Shown: in pieces, positions 19,319 through 29,464 of the stretch | Position numbering within the stretch: the stretch's first letter is position 1 | How the letters are laid out: the number at the start of each line of letters is the position of its first letter | Source: Desulfatiglandales bacterium | GTDB taxonomy: Bacteria; Desulfobacterota; DSM-4660; Desulfatiglandales; Desulfatiglandaceae | Assembly: GCA_963662465.1 (NCBI GenBank) | Contig: OY759599.1 | Span: 4,832,001-4,896,000 of the forward strand | Direction: 5' to 3' | Length of the DNA: 64,000 nt | The notes under the pieces: model-generated | What the model was told of the DNA's origin: nothing | Seen by the model: the letters and a program-made list of their open reading frames with translations, nothing else | The model's database searches: none | Position numbers and translations under genes: made by a program

Positions 19319-20137
19319 ATGTCGTTGATTCTTGACGCCCTGAAACGCGCTGACCGGGAGCGAAAACTTAAACAGGCCCCTGATCTGAGCGCCATCTATG
19401 AGGAAGAACATTTGAACCGCCGCAAATTCTATTCCTGGTTTGCCGGCGCTTCGCTGGTCGCTTTGGCGGTTCTGGCTTTTATATTCTGGCCGAAAGAACC
19501 CTTGATGGGGAAGTTCAGAGATAAAGCGCCGGAAAATGCCATGAAAGCTTCTGCCCAGGTACAGCAGCTTTCGCCCGAAAACCCGTCCAAACAGCTGCCG
19601 GTTGTTGAAAAACCCGTCATTCCGCCGCCCGCTTCCGATGATCAAAACAAACAACCGAAGGCAAAGCAAAAGAGTGATTTTCCCAATGAACAACCGCCGA
19701 AACTTCCGGAAAACGGCAAGCAAACTCCCTCAACAGAAATTTCCCAGGTAAAAGATTCCGGGACAGCCATTGCCGTCAGACCCCCACCCGATAACGGGGG
19801 AAACCGAAAAAAACTTGCTGCGCAACCGGTGAAACAATTTGTAACACCTGGGCAAACAAAAGATCATTCAACAGTTTCCGAAACACCGCTAAAAGAAGCG
19901 CCCCCCTCAATCGATACGCTTCCGGAAGAAATTAAAACGCTTCTGGAACCATTGGAGATCAATGTCCACATGTATTCCATCAAACCTTCGGAACGTCGGG
20001 TTTTTATAAACATGCACGGCTACCGAGAAGGAGACACCATTGGGGAAACCGGTTTTCGGTTGACGGAAATCACATCAAACGGGGTTGTCATCAATTACGG
20101 GGAAGGGAAAGCGGTGTTGGGCATTAAGCAGAAATGA
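19319..20137 (+). CDS. exeB: ExeB/GspB-family protein
   Basis: MSLILDALKRAD start, TM helix, Pro-rich linker, INVHMYS...VFIN...EG C-domain; follows exeA. Confidence 0.85.
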   Translation: MSLILDALKRADRERKLKQAPDLSAIYEEEHLNRRKFYSWFAGASLVALAVLAFIFWPKEPLMGKFRDKAPENAMKASAQVQQLSPENPSKQLPVVEKPVIPPPASDDQNKQPKAKQKSDFPNEQPPKLPENGKQTPSTEISQVKDSGTAIAVRPPPDNGGNRKKLAAQPVKQFVTPGQTKDHSTVSETPLKEAPPSIDTLPEEIKTLLEPLEINVHMYSIKPSERRVFINMHGYREGDTIGETGFRLTEITSNGVVINYGEGKAVLGIKQK

Positions 20138-20150
20138 GTGAAACCTCTAA

Positions 20151-20216
20151 CAGGGGGCAGGGGACAGTTGTCAGGGGACAGGTCTCCCGCATTCTGCACC
20201 CTGACAACTGCACCCT
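20151..20216. repeat. Inverted array of CAG-N4 heptamers between convergent exeB and EF-G
   Basis: CAGGGGG CAGGGGA CAGTTGT CAGGGGA CAG ... CTGCACC CTGACAA CTGCACC; can fold as an imperfect hairpin. Confidence 0.7.
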
Positions 20217-20224
20217 ATAAACGG

Positions 20225-22279
20225 TTACGCCTGATCATAGTGGCTGAACTGCATGGAAAAGGTCCCTCTCCCCTGGGAAGCGGATCGCAGGGCCGTTGAA
20301 TAGCCGAACATCTTTGACAGGGGAACATTGGCCGTCAGAACCTGGGTGGTCCCCTTGTTTACAATCTGGGTGATTTTTCCCTGACGGGCATTTAAATCGC
20401 CGATCACCTCGCCCATGAATGCCTCGGGCACCAGCACTTCCGTTTTCATGATCGGTTCGAGAAGTATGGGCGCCGCTTTCAGAAAAGCCTGTTTGAAGGC
20501 CATATTGGCGGCAACCCTGAAGGCCATGGCATCAGAGGACGGCTCCTTTATCTGAATGTCCAGCAGGGTGGTCCGTAGGTCAATCACCGGATAACCCATC
20601 AAGGCGCCGCCGGTTTCAGCTTCAGCAATACCCTGGCTGATGGCCTTCAGAAATTCCTCGGTGAGTCCCTCAGTCTTGCAATGGTCTATAAATTCGTTGC
20701 TGCTGCCTCTATTAAGGGGAGATACTTCAATTTTAACCCCCGCAAAATGCTGTTGACCTCCCAGTTCCCTTTGGAATATTTCCTCATGGATTATAGGAAT
20801 GGTCACGGTTTCCCGATAAACCACCTGGGGTTTCCCCTGGTTGATTTCAACGGAAAATTCCCGTTTGAGTCTTTCGGTCAGGATTTCCAGGTGCAATTCA
20901 CCCATACCTGAAATGAGGGTTTGGCCCGTGTCTTCGTCTATTCTGGTTTTAAAGGTCGGATCTTCATCGGCAAGCTTTTGCAGTGCATCCATAAGTCGGT
21001 CATGGCCTTGAACATTTTTGGGCTCTACCGCCACGCTGATGACCGGTTCATTAAACTGTATGGGTTCAAGCAGGATCGGGGCTTCTTCCGTGCAGAGGGT
21101 ATCGCCGGTGGTCGTGAGTTTCAGACCCATCGATGCCACGATATCCCCGGCTGACGCCTGATCGATGCGTTCCCGTTTATTAGCGTGCATCTTCAAAAGA
21201 CGCGCCGGCTTTTCTTTGATGTTTTTTCCCGGGTTAAAAACCGTTTCCCCGGCTTTCAAGGTCCCGGAATAAATCCGGAGATAGGTCATCTTTCTGCCCT
21301 GATCCATCATGACTTTAAACGCCAGAGCTGAAAGGGGCCCCTTGGCTTTGGCCGGGCGCGTTTCCGGCTCGCCGGTAACCGGATGGATGCCCGCGATGGG
21401 GGGAACATCCAGGGGTGATGGCAGGTAGTCCACGATGCCGTCCAAAAGGGGTTGAATGCCCTTGTTTCGCAGGGCTGTTCCGCAAAAAACGGGAACCAGG
21501 GCCATTTTCATGGCGGCATTCCGAATGGCCTCTTTCAGTTCCTGAACCGGGATTTCTTCTTCGGAAAGGTATTTTTCCATAACCCGATCATCGTTGTCCG
21601 CCAGGGTTTCCAGAAGCTGTTCCCTGTACCTGGAAGCCTCTTCGGCCATTTCTTCGGGAATGGGGATGGTGCGGTGTTCCGAGCCAAGGGTGTCGTCTTC
21701 CCACAGAATGGCCTCCATCTCAACAAGGTCAATGATCCCTTTGAGTTGATCCTCGGCGCCCCAGGGGATCTGAAGGACAAGGGGATGGGCATCAAGACGC
21801 GTTTCCATCATCTCCACGACCCTGGAAAAGTCAGCGCCCACCCGGTCCAGCTTGTTGATAAAGGCAATTTTGGGCACCCGGTAGCGATCCGCCTGCCGCC
21901 AGACCGTCTCGGATTGGGGTTCCACGCCGCCCACGGCGCAAAAAACACCGACGGCGCCGTCCAGTACGCGGAGAGAACGCTCAACCTCAATGGTAAAGTC
22001 CACGTGTCCGGGCGTATCGATGATGTTGACGGTGCATCCACGCCACTGACAGGATGTGACGGCGGAGGTAATGGTAATGCCCCTTTCTTTTTCTTCCGCC
22101 ATCCAGTCCATGGTGGCTTCACCATCATGGACTTCGCCCATTTTATGGACGCGACCGGAATAATAAAGGATACGCTCCGTTACGGTGGTTTTTCCCGCAT
22201 CGATGTGGGCGATAATGCCCAGGTTTCGGGTTTTGCTCAGTTTTATGGCTTGCGGTGTCGGCATGGATGTGATCACCAT
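20225..22279 (-). CDS. fusA: Elongation factor G paralog (outside the str operon)
   Basis: [37 protein letters not shown]; divergent domain IV loops. Confidence 0.92.
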   Translation of the reverse strand: MVITSMPTPQAIKLSKTRNLGIIAHIDAGKTTVTERILYYSGRVHKMGEVHDGEATMDWMAEEKERGITITSAVTSCQWRGCTVNIIDTPGHVDFTIEVERSLRVLDGAVGVFCAVGGVEPQSETVWRQADRYRVPKIAFINKLDRVGADFSRVVEMMETRLDAHPLVLQIPWGAEDQLKGIIDLVEMEAILWEDDTLGSEHRTIPIPEEMAEEASRYREQLLETLADNDDRVMEKYLSEEEIPVQELKEAIRNAAMKMALVPVFCGTALRNKGIQPLLDGIVDYLPSPLDVPPIAGIHPVTGEPETRPAKAKGPLSALAFKVMMDQGRKMTYLRIYSGTLKAGETVFNPGKNIKEKPARLLKMHANKRERIDQASAGDIVASMGLKLTTTGDTLCTEEAPILLEPIQFNEPVISVAVEPKNVQGHDRLMDALQKLADEDPTFKTRIDEDTGQTLISGMGELHLEILTERLKREFSVEINQGKPQVVYRETVTIPIIHEEIFQRELGGQQHFAGVKIEVSPLNRGSSNEFIDHCKTEGLTEEFLKAISQGIAEAETGGALMGYPVIDLRTTLLDIQIKEPSSDAMAFRVAANMAFKQAFLKAAPILLEPIMKTEVLVPEAFMGEVIGDLNARQGKITQIVNKGTTQVLTANVPLSKMFGYSTALRSASQGRGTFSMQFSHYDQA

Positions 22280-22379
22280 TCAAAAACGTTCTTGTTAACG
22301 GCGGGCTCACAGGCCCGCCCCATATGATGAGCGAAATTTAAGGGATATAGACTCAGGTGTCAAGATATAAGATATCCGC

Positions 22380-23093
22380 TCACGGTTTTTCCACCAGCAG
22401 GAAACGATTCGGTTTCAGCCGTGCAAATATGGTGGCGCCGGGACAGGGCGCCACCAGTTTTTTCTTGAAGTCACTTCCCAGAATCTGAAACAGCTCGACG
22501 CAGCAGGAACAGAGATGGGCGCTTTGGTCGATGGAGTAGGGAATTATGCCGTCGGGTGTTTCAATGAAAAATTTTGGCGCTATGAAGTTGGCATGGTTGG
22601 CGGTGTGGGTCAGGTAAAGTTGATTGTAATCCCGGACGGATGAGCCTAACCTCTTGGCCCATCTCAGGTATATCCTTTTTTCAATTTCTTCCACCTGCGA
22701 CCACTGGGCCGGCATTCTTTCCTTAAGACGGAAATCATTCAAAAGGCCCTGCTTTTCAGCCGGTGAGGCCGGCTGCGGGAGCTGGAAATCAGATTCGGTA
22801 ATCACGGCTGCTTTTTCGGTTTCAAAACCATCCAGCTCAAATGCACTGATGATCAGGTATAACCCGTTTTTTTCGGAGGTTCGATACCAGCTCCCTTGCC
22901 TGCCGCAGGTATCATCCCAGACTTCGGGGGCAACGCTCGTGATTTTATTGATCCTGTCAAGGGGGGTGCAAACAATTCCCTTGGCGTATTTTAATTTGAG
23001 TCCTCGATGTTCAAGAACGGTTTTCAGTTGGGATTCCCGATCCCGGGTTAACCAATAAATATGTTTTTGATAGGGTCCAGTTGGTTTTGACAT
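22380..23093 (-). CDS. Hypothetical Cys-rich protein
   Basis: 237 aa, AGGAG RBS; HLCSCC and APCPGA motifs. Confidence 0.7.
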   Translation of the reverse strand: MSKPTGPYQKHIYWLTRDRESQLKTVLEHRGLKLKYAKGIVCTPLDRINKITSVAPEVWDDTCGRQGSWYRTSEKNGLYLIISAFELDGFETEKAAVITESDFQLPQPASPAEKQGLLNDFRLKERMPAQWSQVEEIEKRIYLRWAKRLGSSVRDYNQLYLTHTANHANFIAPKFFIETPDGIIPYSIDQSAHLCSCCVELFQILGSDFKKKLVAPCPGATIFARLKPNRFLLVEKP

Positions 23094-23371
23094 GGTTTAA
23101 ACTCCTAAGGCGGCAAGCCGCAATTTTAAGATTTGGATTTCAACTTTTTCCGCGCCGGCGAATTGATGATAAAAAAAATATATCGTAGACTTTTTTCAAT
23201 CCTCCGGTATAATGAGAAAAAAATGAATGAAGGTGTTTTCGCTATCCTGCCAAATTCAGCCGAAAAAATCAAAGCCCGATTTATCTTGTCAATCATAACG
23301 ATTTTGCTTTTAATAACGCGATGCGAGATTATGACAAACCCATCAAAATTGAAAAACAGGAGAATAGGAAG

Positions 23372-23938
23372 ATGGGGGAAAAACTGATTCGAAAATTCCA
23401 TTTGAAGCAATTCAAGGCCATCAGTGAGGCCATTTCAACCTACGACGACTTGAATTTACTCGTCAAGCATCTGGCTGAAGGAACAGCCCTCACCTTTGAA
23501 GCAAAAGGGTGCTGCATTATGGTCCTGGACGAAAGAGAAAAGCAGCTCTTTCCCCTGGGCAGTTTTGGAATCAGTGAAAAATACCTGGAAAAAGGTCCCT
23601 TGTTTGTTAATGAAAAATGGTCTGCCTTCGTCACCGGAAAGCCTGAAATCATCCATGATTTAAACCACAATCCCCGCATCCAGTATCCCCAATATGCTGC
23701 GGAAGAAGGAATTGCCGCCATGTTGACGGCGCCCATTATTTCGCGTGTCTCGGTGATGGGCCTTATCAGAATTTATTTTGGGGAACCCAAGCATGTTCAC
23801 GAAGAAGACGTGGATTCATTGCGTGTCTTGGGCAAGCTGCTGGGCCTTGCCATCGAGAACCATGGCATCAAGAATTTTGTGGAAGGGGTCAAAATAGCCA
23901 TGGGAAGTCTTCCCCTGAGGATGCTGGAAGGACTCTAG
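23372..23938 (+). CDS. Stand-alone GAF domain protein
   Basis: CCIMVLDE, FGISEKYL, EGIAAMLTAPI, GLIRIY, LAIEN GAF pattern; AGGAG RBS before 23372. Confidence 0.8.
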   Translation: MGEKLIRKFHLKQFKAISEAISTYDDLNLLVKHLAEGTALTFEAKGCCIMVLDEREKQLFPLGSFGISEKYLEKGPLFVNEKWSAFVTGKPEIIHDLNHNPRIQYPQYAAEEGIAAMLTAPIISRVSVMGLIRIYFGEPKHVHEEDVDSLRVLGKLLGLAIENHGIKNFVEGVKIAMGSLPLRMLEGL

Positions 23939-23941
23939 TCC

Positions 23942-24844
23942 ATGACGATTCGGCAATTTGAGGACACAACGGATTTTTTCCAGATCGACAGCGGTGATGA
24001 GATTCATATTGGGGGCAGATGTTTTTCGGTTCTCCGCAATGAGCGTGAGCGGCGGTTCGCCATGGATGACCCCAAATATTGGGTGAAAAGGGTGGTGGAC
24101 CGGGAAACGGGCGCACGGATGATACTGAAGTTGACCTTTTTTGAATCGTTTATCACCACCATCGGAAGCGTTAAAATCAACCGTTTCAGAAATCCCAAAA
24201 AGGAAGGGGATATCCTTAACCTGGTCAAAGGCCATCCGCATTTTATGCAGGGGACCGTTTTTCACGACATTAAGGGAAATAATGTACGCGCCCTGGACAT
24301 CGTGAACGGACCGAATCTTTTTGTGTACCTGGATTCCCTGAATATCGGCCATGAAGAATATTTTCACAATATCGTCCCGGGAATTCTGGCCAAGCTTCTG
24401 GATGCCTTCAAGGCCATTTTGTTTTTGCATCAGAATGGATTTAAACATGGCGACATTCGAAATGACCACCTGATCATTGAAAAGGAAACGGGAAATTACG
24501 TCTGGATCGATTTTGATTATGATTACGAAACCAAGGAAAATCCCTTCAGCCTGGATATTTTCGGCGTCGGCAATATTTTGCTCTATGCCATCGGCAAGGG
24601 CATTCATACCTACTCGATGATTTCCCACTGTCCCAATGTGTATGGGGATGCTAAAAACAGGATTAATGCCGAAGATTATTCGATTCTGGATAAAGGGAGG
24701 TTGGTGAATCTTCAAAAAATATACCCCTATATCCCCCCCTTGCTCAATGAGATTCTATTGCACTTTTCAAGGGGGGCCAATGTGTATTACGAATCCATCA
24801 ACGAAATTATTGATAATGTCAACTGGTATCTTTTGTCGTTATAA
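23942..24844 (+). CDS. Ser/Thr protein kinase-like protein (compact, soluble)
   Basis: ILK (VAIK Lys), KEGDIL, LHQNGFKHGDIRNDH catalytic loop, IDFD, DIFGVG. Confidence 0.8.
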   Translation: MTIRQFEDTTDFFQIDSGDEIHIGGRCFSVLRNERERRFAMDDPKYWVKRVVDRETGARMILKLTFFESFITTIGSVKINRFRNPKKEGDILNLVKGHPHFMQGTVFHDIKGNNVRALDIVNGPNLFVYLDSLNIGHEEYFHNIVPGILAKLLDAFKAILFLHQNGFKHGDIRNDHLIIEKETGNYVWIDFDYDYETKENPFSLDIFGVGNILLYAIGKGIHTYSMISHCPNVYGDAKNRINAEDYSILDKGRLVNLQKIYPYIPPLLNEILLHFSRGANVYYESINEIIDNVNWYLLSL

Positions 24845-24899
24845 TCTTGAGGCGCATATCCATTTTTTGCGGTGCATATAAAATTCAGGGAGGATTGCC

Positions 24900-25379
24900 T
24901 TGAACAAATCCATACTGGTCGCAATAAGCGATTCGATAGGTTCCCGCGCTGTGTTGAAAGGGATAGAGGCCATATTCCTTCATGATGAGAGCGTTAACAT
25001 AACCCTCTTTCACATTTTCAGGCAGCCCTCCGCAAGTTCGGAACTGATGGGGAAAAAATTCACGGAAAAAGAGGCAAAACGGAGAATGAGCATCCTTTTG
25101 CAGGCCAAAAGACGTCTGGAGGAAAGCGGCTTTCACCCGGACAAAATTGAAACGTTGCTGGCTTCCGAGCCCTATCCCACCGTGGCCGACGGCATCATCG
25201 ACCAGCAAAGAAAGGGCCATTACGACATAATCGTCATCGGCAGAAAAAAGATGTCCAAAGCCGAGGAATTTGTCATGGGAGATGTCAGCGTAAAACTGGT
25301 GAGGACCATTGAAGACGCTTCCATCCTGGTGGTAAAATCCGGAAAAAAGACAAGCAAGCGTCAAGGGGAAAATAAATAA
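24900..25379 (+). CDS. Universal stress protein
   Basis: ILVAISDS, DIIVIGRK, MGDVSVKLV, ILVV; TTG start with GGAGG RBS. Confidence 0.85.
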   Translation: MNKSILVAISDSIGSRAVLKGIEAIFLHDESVNITLFHIFRQPSASSELMGKKFTEKEAKRRMSILLQAKRRLEESGFHPDKIETLLASEPYPTVADGIIDQQRKGHYDIIVIGRKKMSKAEEFVMGDVSVKLVRTIEDASILVVKSGKKTSKRQGENK

Positions 25380-25380
25380 G

Positions 25381-26151
25381 TTGGATGTTGAACATCTGAA
25401 AGAAATCCTTGAGCAGGTTCAAAAGGGACGCAGCAGTGTCGCCTCAGCCTTGGACCAGCTCAAAAAACTGCCATATGAGGATATCGGTTTCGCGAAAATC
25501 GATCATCATCGCAGTCTCCGCACCGGCGCGCCTGAAGTAATTTATTGTGAAGGAAAAAGCGTTTTGCAGATCATCGGCATTGCCAAACGAATGGCGGAAC
25601 ACCATTGTAATATTCTGGGCACACGCGTTACAGGAGAAATTTTTGAAACCATTCAAAAGGAGTTCGAGGATTGTCGATATTATGATGTGGCGCGGATGGT
25701 GGTTTTCCAGCCCCGCCCTGTTTTAAAAAAAGGCCGAATCGCCGTGGTATGCGCCGGGACCTCGGATATTCCCATTGCGGAGGAAGCTTGCGTAACAGCG
25801 GAAATTCTGGGCAACAATGTATCCAGGGTATTTGATGTGGGCGTCGCGGGCATTCACAGACTTCTGGCTTCATGCCGGGATATCTTTGATGCCAATGTGG
25901 CGGTTGTGGTGGCGGGCATGGAAGGGGCCCTGGCCAGCGTGGTGGGGGGAATGGTTTCCTGCCCGGTCATCGGCGTACCCACCAGCGTAGGATACGGCGC
26001 CAGCTTCGGCGGCGTCGCGGCATTGCTCAGCATGCTTAACAGTTGTGCCTCGGGCGTCAGCGTGGTCAACATTGATAACGGCTTCGGGGCCGGCTACCAG
26101 GCCGGCTTGATCAACAAAATCGCGGTTGGCAACGACCGGGGGACATTATAA
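25381..26151 (+). CDS. larB: Nickel pincer cofactor biosynthesis protein LarB (AIR-carboxylase-like)
   Basis: DHHRSLRTG-PEVIYCEGK, AGTSD, DVGVAGIHRL, AGMEGAL, VPTSVGYG, VNIDNGFGA. Confidence 0.93.
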   Translation: MDVEHLKEILEQVQKGRSSVASALDQLKKLPYEDIGFAKIDHHRSLRTGAPEVIYCEGKSVLQIIGIAKRMAEHHCNILGTRVTGEIFETIQKEFEDCRYYDVARMVVFQPRPVLKKGRIAVVCAGTSDIPIAEEACVTAEILGNNVSRVFDVGVAGIHRLLASCRDIFDANVAVVVAGMEGALASVVGGMVSCPVIGVPTSVGYGASFGGVAALLSMLNSCASGVSVVNIDNGFGAGYQAGLINKIAVGNDRGTL

Positions 26152-26207
26152 AAAAAGGTTCCCCAAAGGCGTTTCGATTTTGCCCCCCCTAAGCGGCTGT
26201 TTATCTT

Positions 26208-26915
26208 CTATTTTCCGCCGATCTTCAAATAATCATTCATGGTTGCGGCGCCGCCATGGCTCATTTTGTGAACCAGGTATATGAAGAGATAGGCGGTCTG
26301 GAGTGCGTCTTGAAGGGCATTGTGTTCCCCAAACCTCGGCAAATGGAATTCTTCACTCAAGGACGAAAGCCTGTAGGAATTCTGTTTTTCGTGATGATCG
26401 AAATAGGGGCCGTTTATGGACGCTTTGTAACCCATGGCAAGCCGCATGGTGTCTAGGCTTGAACTCCGAATGACGCCGCCAAGGTAATTTTGACATGCGC
26501 GATTAACAAATCCCAAATCTAAAGACACATGATGCCCTACCAGAAAGGCGCCGCCGCAAAAGTCAATAAACCCGGGCAAAACATCGACAATGCTCTTGGC
26601 CCCCAGCAATTCGCGAGGCGTAATGCGATGGATGAGGGTACTGGGCGTATGCAGCTTTCCCTGCGGTTTGATGAGCGCATAAAACGTATCCCCGCAACAG
26701 ATCCGCAAATTCCTGATGCGTACGGCCCCAATGGCAATAATTTCATCCTTTCGCGGATTAAGTCCCGTCAATTCGGTGTCAAAAACCACAAATTCACAGT
26801 TGCGAATGGGTAGATACTTGTCGGAGGCAATGCTGATCAGGTTGTTTGCAACAATAGCGGGATGCGTTGGCTGTTTGGATGAGAAAAGATTCTTTATGAA
26901 ATTTATGATCAACAT
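26208..26915 (-). CDS. DEDDh 3'-5' exonuclease (DNA pol III epsilon-like)
   Basis: FDTELTGL, GHHVSLD, HNALQDA motifs all intact. Confidence 0.9.
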   Translation of the reverse strand: MLIINFIKNLFSSKQPTHPAIVANNLISIASDKYLPIRNCEFVVFDTELTGLNPRKDEIIAIGAVRIRNLRICCGDTFYALIKPQGKLHTPSTLIHRITPRELLGAKSIVDVLPGFIDFCGGAFLVGHHVSLDLGFVNRACQNYLGGVIRSSSLDTMRLAMGYKASINGPYFDHHEKQNSYRLSSLSEEFHLPRFGEHNALQDALQTAYLFIYLVHKMSHGGAATMNDYLKIGGK

Positions 26916-26984
26916 GAATCGTCAAAAACGAGAGATAACGCAAAGTATTCGAGTCCAAACGTCGTGTTCAATGGATCATCGTTT

Positions 26985-28895
26985 TCACAAAAGCCCGAAC
27001 TCATGTCGTACAAAGTCCTGCAAGCGCCTGATAACCTCAAATACTTCCTTTAGTGTCTGTTTTTCCAGATTAGAGAGATTCTTGGGCTTGACCTTATTGT
27101 TTAGTTCCCCCCCGTTTTCTATCGAATGGAGTTGATGAACCAACTTTATATGCATTAACAATTCATAGGCCTTGACAAGTTCAGACCCCAGATCCCCGGG
27201 AATGTGCCGGTTCTCCCGCAGGAGGCGGAGTCTTTCCAGTGTGTTGGTTTTGCGGATCCCGTATTTCAATGACATGGCCCGGGAAAAATCAACAAAAAAA
27301 ACCAGACCTTTGCATTCTAAATCCAGGGTATCTCCATATCGGCCATCCTTTTCGACCACGGAATTCCCGTAAAAAGAGAGTGGCGGTTTCAATGCGGTGC
27401 ATTCTCGCGCCAGATGGCGCGGGAATGGCTCATTTTCCCGGGTCAAGGCATGGACTTGCTCTTTCAACTCATCCACCAGCGAAACGTTTCCAACCCCAAA
27501 CCTGAAATCAAAAAAAATGGCGGGGTTAAAATTTTCTTTTCGGTCCGGAAATTCGCACCAATCCCGAAAGTATCGGCCCCACACGGATTGAGGTTGTCGC
27601 CATTTGACATTTGCGGCGGTAATATTAACCGGATCCGATGGATACCCACATGCCGTCAGATGTCTGGTGGCTTGTTCAGATAAAGTTCTGAAATATTCTT
27701 CAGCTTCCCCGGCGGTCTTTTTATCAGGGCAGTTGCCATACACGACGGCATTGGTCAGGCAGTTCTTGAAGATCTGCTCCCGACGTCCCTCACTACCCAG
27801 TAACAACCAGGCGAACGGCAGGGGGCTTTTCCCGAGTTCCTCCTGAAGAAGCGTAAGCAACCGATCCAGGACATGGTCATTTAAAATGGAGATCATCCGG
27901 GTCACGTTGCAGGCCTTTGCCCCTTCTTCAATGAGCGGACGCGCGACCATGGGAATCTTCTTACTGAGATCATACAGCCCGCTGACCCTTCTCTGTGCCT
28001 GGATTTCCCTGAAAAGGAAGTAGGGTGAGCTGCCCTGAGCCACCATGATGTCGTGGGTGGTGAGCATCTTTGATATCTTCCCGTTTTCTTCAACGGCAAG
28101 ATGGTGTATTCGATTTTTTATCATGGCCAGCAACGCATCAAAACAGACGGCATCAGCGGAAATCGTCTGAACCGACGACGCCATGATTTCCGATGCCGCG
28201 GTAGAATAACTCAGGCCCTTGGCCACAACCTTGCCGCGAATATCCTTGTCGGTAACAATTCCGACGATTTCTCCCAGATCATCGGTCAGCAAAATAGACC
28301 CGATCCTTTTTTCCGACATCAGCAGGGATACCTGCTGGACCGTGGCGTGTGCCGATGCCGTAAAAAGGTTTCCCTTGGAAATTTCCCCGACCCCGGCATT
28401 AAAAAGAAACAGCGCCCCTTCCGTGCGGGGCGAGATTTTCCGCTGCCGAAGCGCGGAATACACCGGCTCGACATTCTCCGACATGGCGCTCAAGTAATGC
28501 CGCTTTACGTTGGGATTTGTTTCAAGTAGTTTTAGAAAATCTTTTTTATCAAAGAGAAAACAGAAAGTATCATCCAGGGTTTCAATATTAAGATTTGCCG
28601 TAGTATTTTGAATAATGGGAAGAGCGCCAAAATGTTCCCCTTCACCCCGAAAATCCTTTAACGTCATGTTCCCCAGGGTGTCCAGCCTGTAACTGCGTAC
28701 ACCACCCTTCTGGATAACATAAAAATGGTTAACGTCACTCTCTCCCTGCCTGAGAATGAGCGTCCCTTTCGGGAAAAAATCAATGGTGGCTTTTTGAACA
28801 AACTTTTTTAAATGTAATGGATCAAGTTTGCTGAAAGGCAATTTGTTGCCGAGAAATTCCAGAACAACCGCATGGGGAACAACATTTTCGTTCAT
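26985..28895 (-). CDS. cNMP-binding + CBS pair + DUF294 nucleotidyltransferase-like protein, degenerate active site
   Basis: cNMP fold (FYVIQKGGV, GEHFG), GIVTDKD CBS, GSEGRREQ, IFFDFR; DxD replaced (KNCLTNA). Confidence 0.85.
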   Translation of the reverse strand: MNENVVPHAVVLEFLGNKLPFSKLDPLHLKKFVQKATIDFFPKGTLILRQGESDVNHFYVIQKGGVRSYRLDTLGNMTLKDFRGEGEHFGALPIIQNTTANLNIETLDDTFCFLFDKKDFLKLLETNPNVKRHYLSAMSENVEPVYSALRQRKISPRTEGALFLFNAGVGEISKGNLFTASAHATVQQVSLLMSEKRIGSILLTDDLGEIVGIVTDKDIRGKVVAKGLSYSTAASEIMASSVQTISADAVCFDALLAMIKNRIHHLAVEENGKISKMLTTHDIMVAQGSSPYFLFREIQAQRRVSGLYDLSKKIPMVARPLIEEGAKACNVTRMISILNDHVLDRLLTLLQEELGKSPLPFAWLLLGSEGRREQIFKNCLTNAVVYGNCPDKKTAGEAEEYFRTLSEQATRHLTACGYPSDPVNITAANVKWRQPQSVWGRYFRDWCEFPDRKENFNPAIFFDFRFGVGNVSLVDELKEQVHALTRENEPFPRHLARECTALKPPLSFYGNSVVEKDGRYGDTLDLECKGLVFFVDFSRAMSLKYGIRKTNTLERLRLLRENRHIPGDLGSELVKAYELLMHIKLVHQLHSIENGGELNNKVKPKNLSNLEKQTLKEVFEVIRRLQDFVRHEFGLL

Positions 28896-28960
28896 AAAAC
28901 CGCCCAAATCAAAAAATTTGAGGATTAATGCCGGATGAAAATGAACGTTTCCGGTGTGCC

Positions 28961-29464
28961 TTAGGGTTTCTTGTTAATCGGCGCCGGAATGAGTGATTCT
29001 TTTGAAAACAGCTTAAAATACAAGAATGCAGCAATCACAATCATTGCAAGGATAAACAGAAATTCAGGAAAATATCGATTCTCCTGATGAATGAATGACA
29101 TGGCGCTCAGGATGCAAAGAAACAGATAACCACTGCGTCGAAAAAAGAGTATCTCTTTCAGTATATACATATTTATCATTGGCACAACAAGGACAGCAAT
29201 AAAATAGATGCCTTCTTCAGTATCAACCGCCAACAGAATCTTACTGATGGTTACGAATAGAAGGATCAAAGACAGAAAGATGTTCAGATACCGGTACGTC
29301 TTCTTATCCTTTAGAAGCGCCTTGTTGTTCAAATGCTGTCTCAGGGGGGTCGCATTTTCGCTGCTTTTCAGCCGTTTCCAGATTTGGAATCTGTCGTCGC
29401 CTTTTGAAAGCAGCGAATCAACTTGGTTGCTCAGCTCATCTTTCATGAGACCACACGCAATCAT
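28961..29464 (-). CDS. Hypothetical membrane protein (about 4 TM), AT-rich
   Basis: Hydrophobic segments in the C-terminal two thirds; start may be 29446. Confidence 0.65.
   Translation of the reverse strand: MIACGLMKDELSNQVDSLLSKGDDRFQIWKRLKSSENATPLRQHLNNKALLKDKKTYRYLNIFLSLILLFVTISKILLAVDTEEGIYFIAVLVVPMINMYILKEILFFRRSGYLFLCILSAMSFIHQENRYFPEFLFILAMIVIAAFLYFKLFSKESLIPAPINKKP

Noticed and set aside
22300..22319. GC-rich hairpin GGCGGGC-N6-GCCCGCC upstream of the EF-G paralog
   Set aside because: No U-tract and no recognisable riboswitch or leader features; function cannot be supported.
23327..23350. Possible degenerate copies of a GATGG...TCGTAAAAAG-like inverted-repeat end (also ~29519, ~59500, ~60280)
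   Set aside because: Copies are too divergent to call a MITE family by eye.
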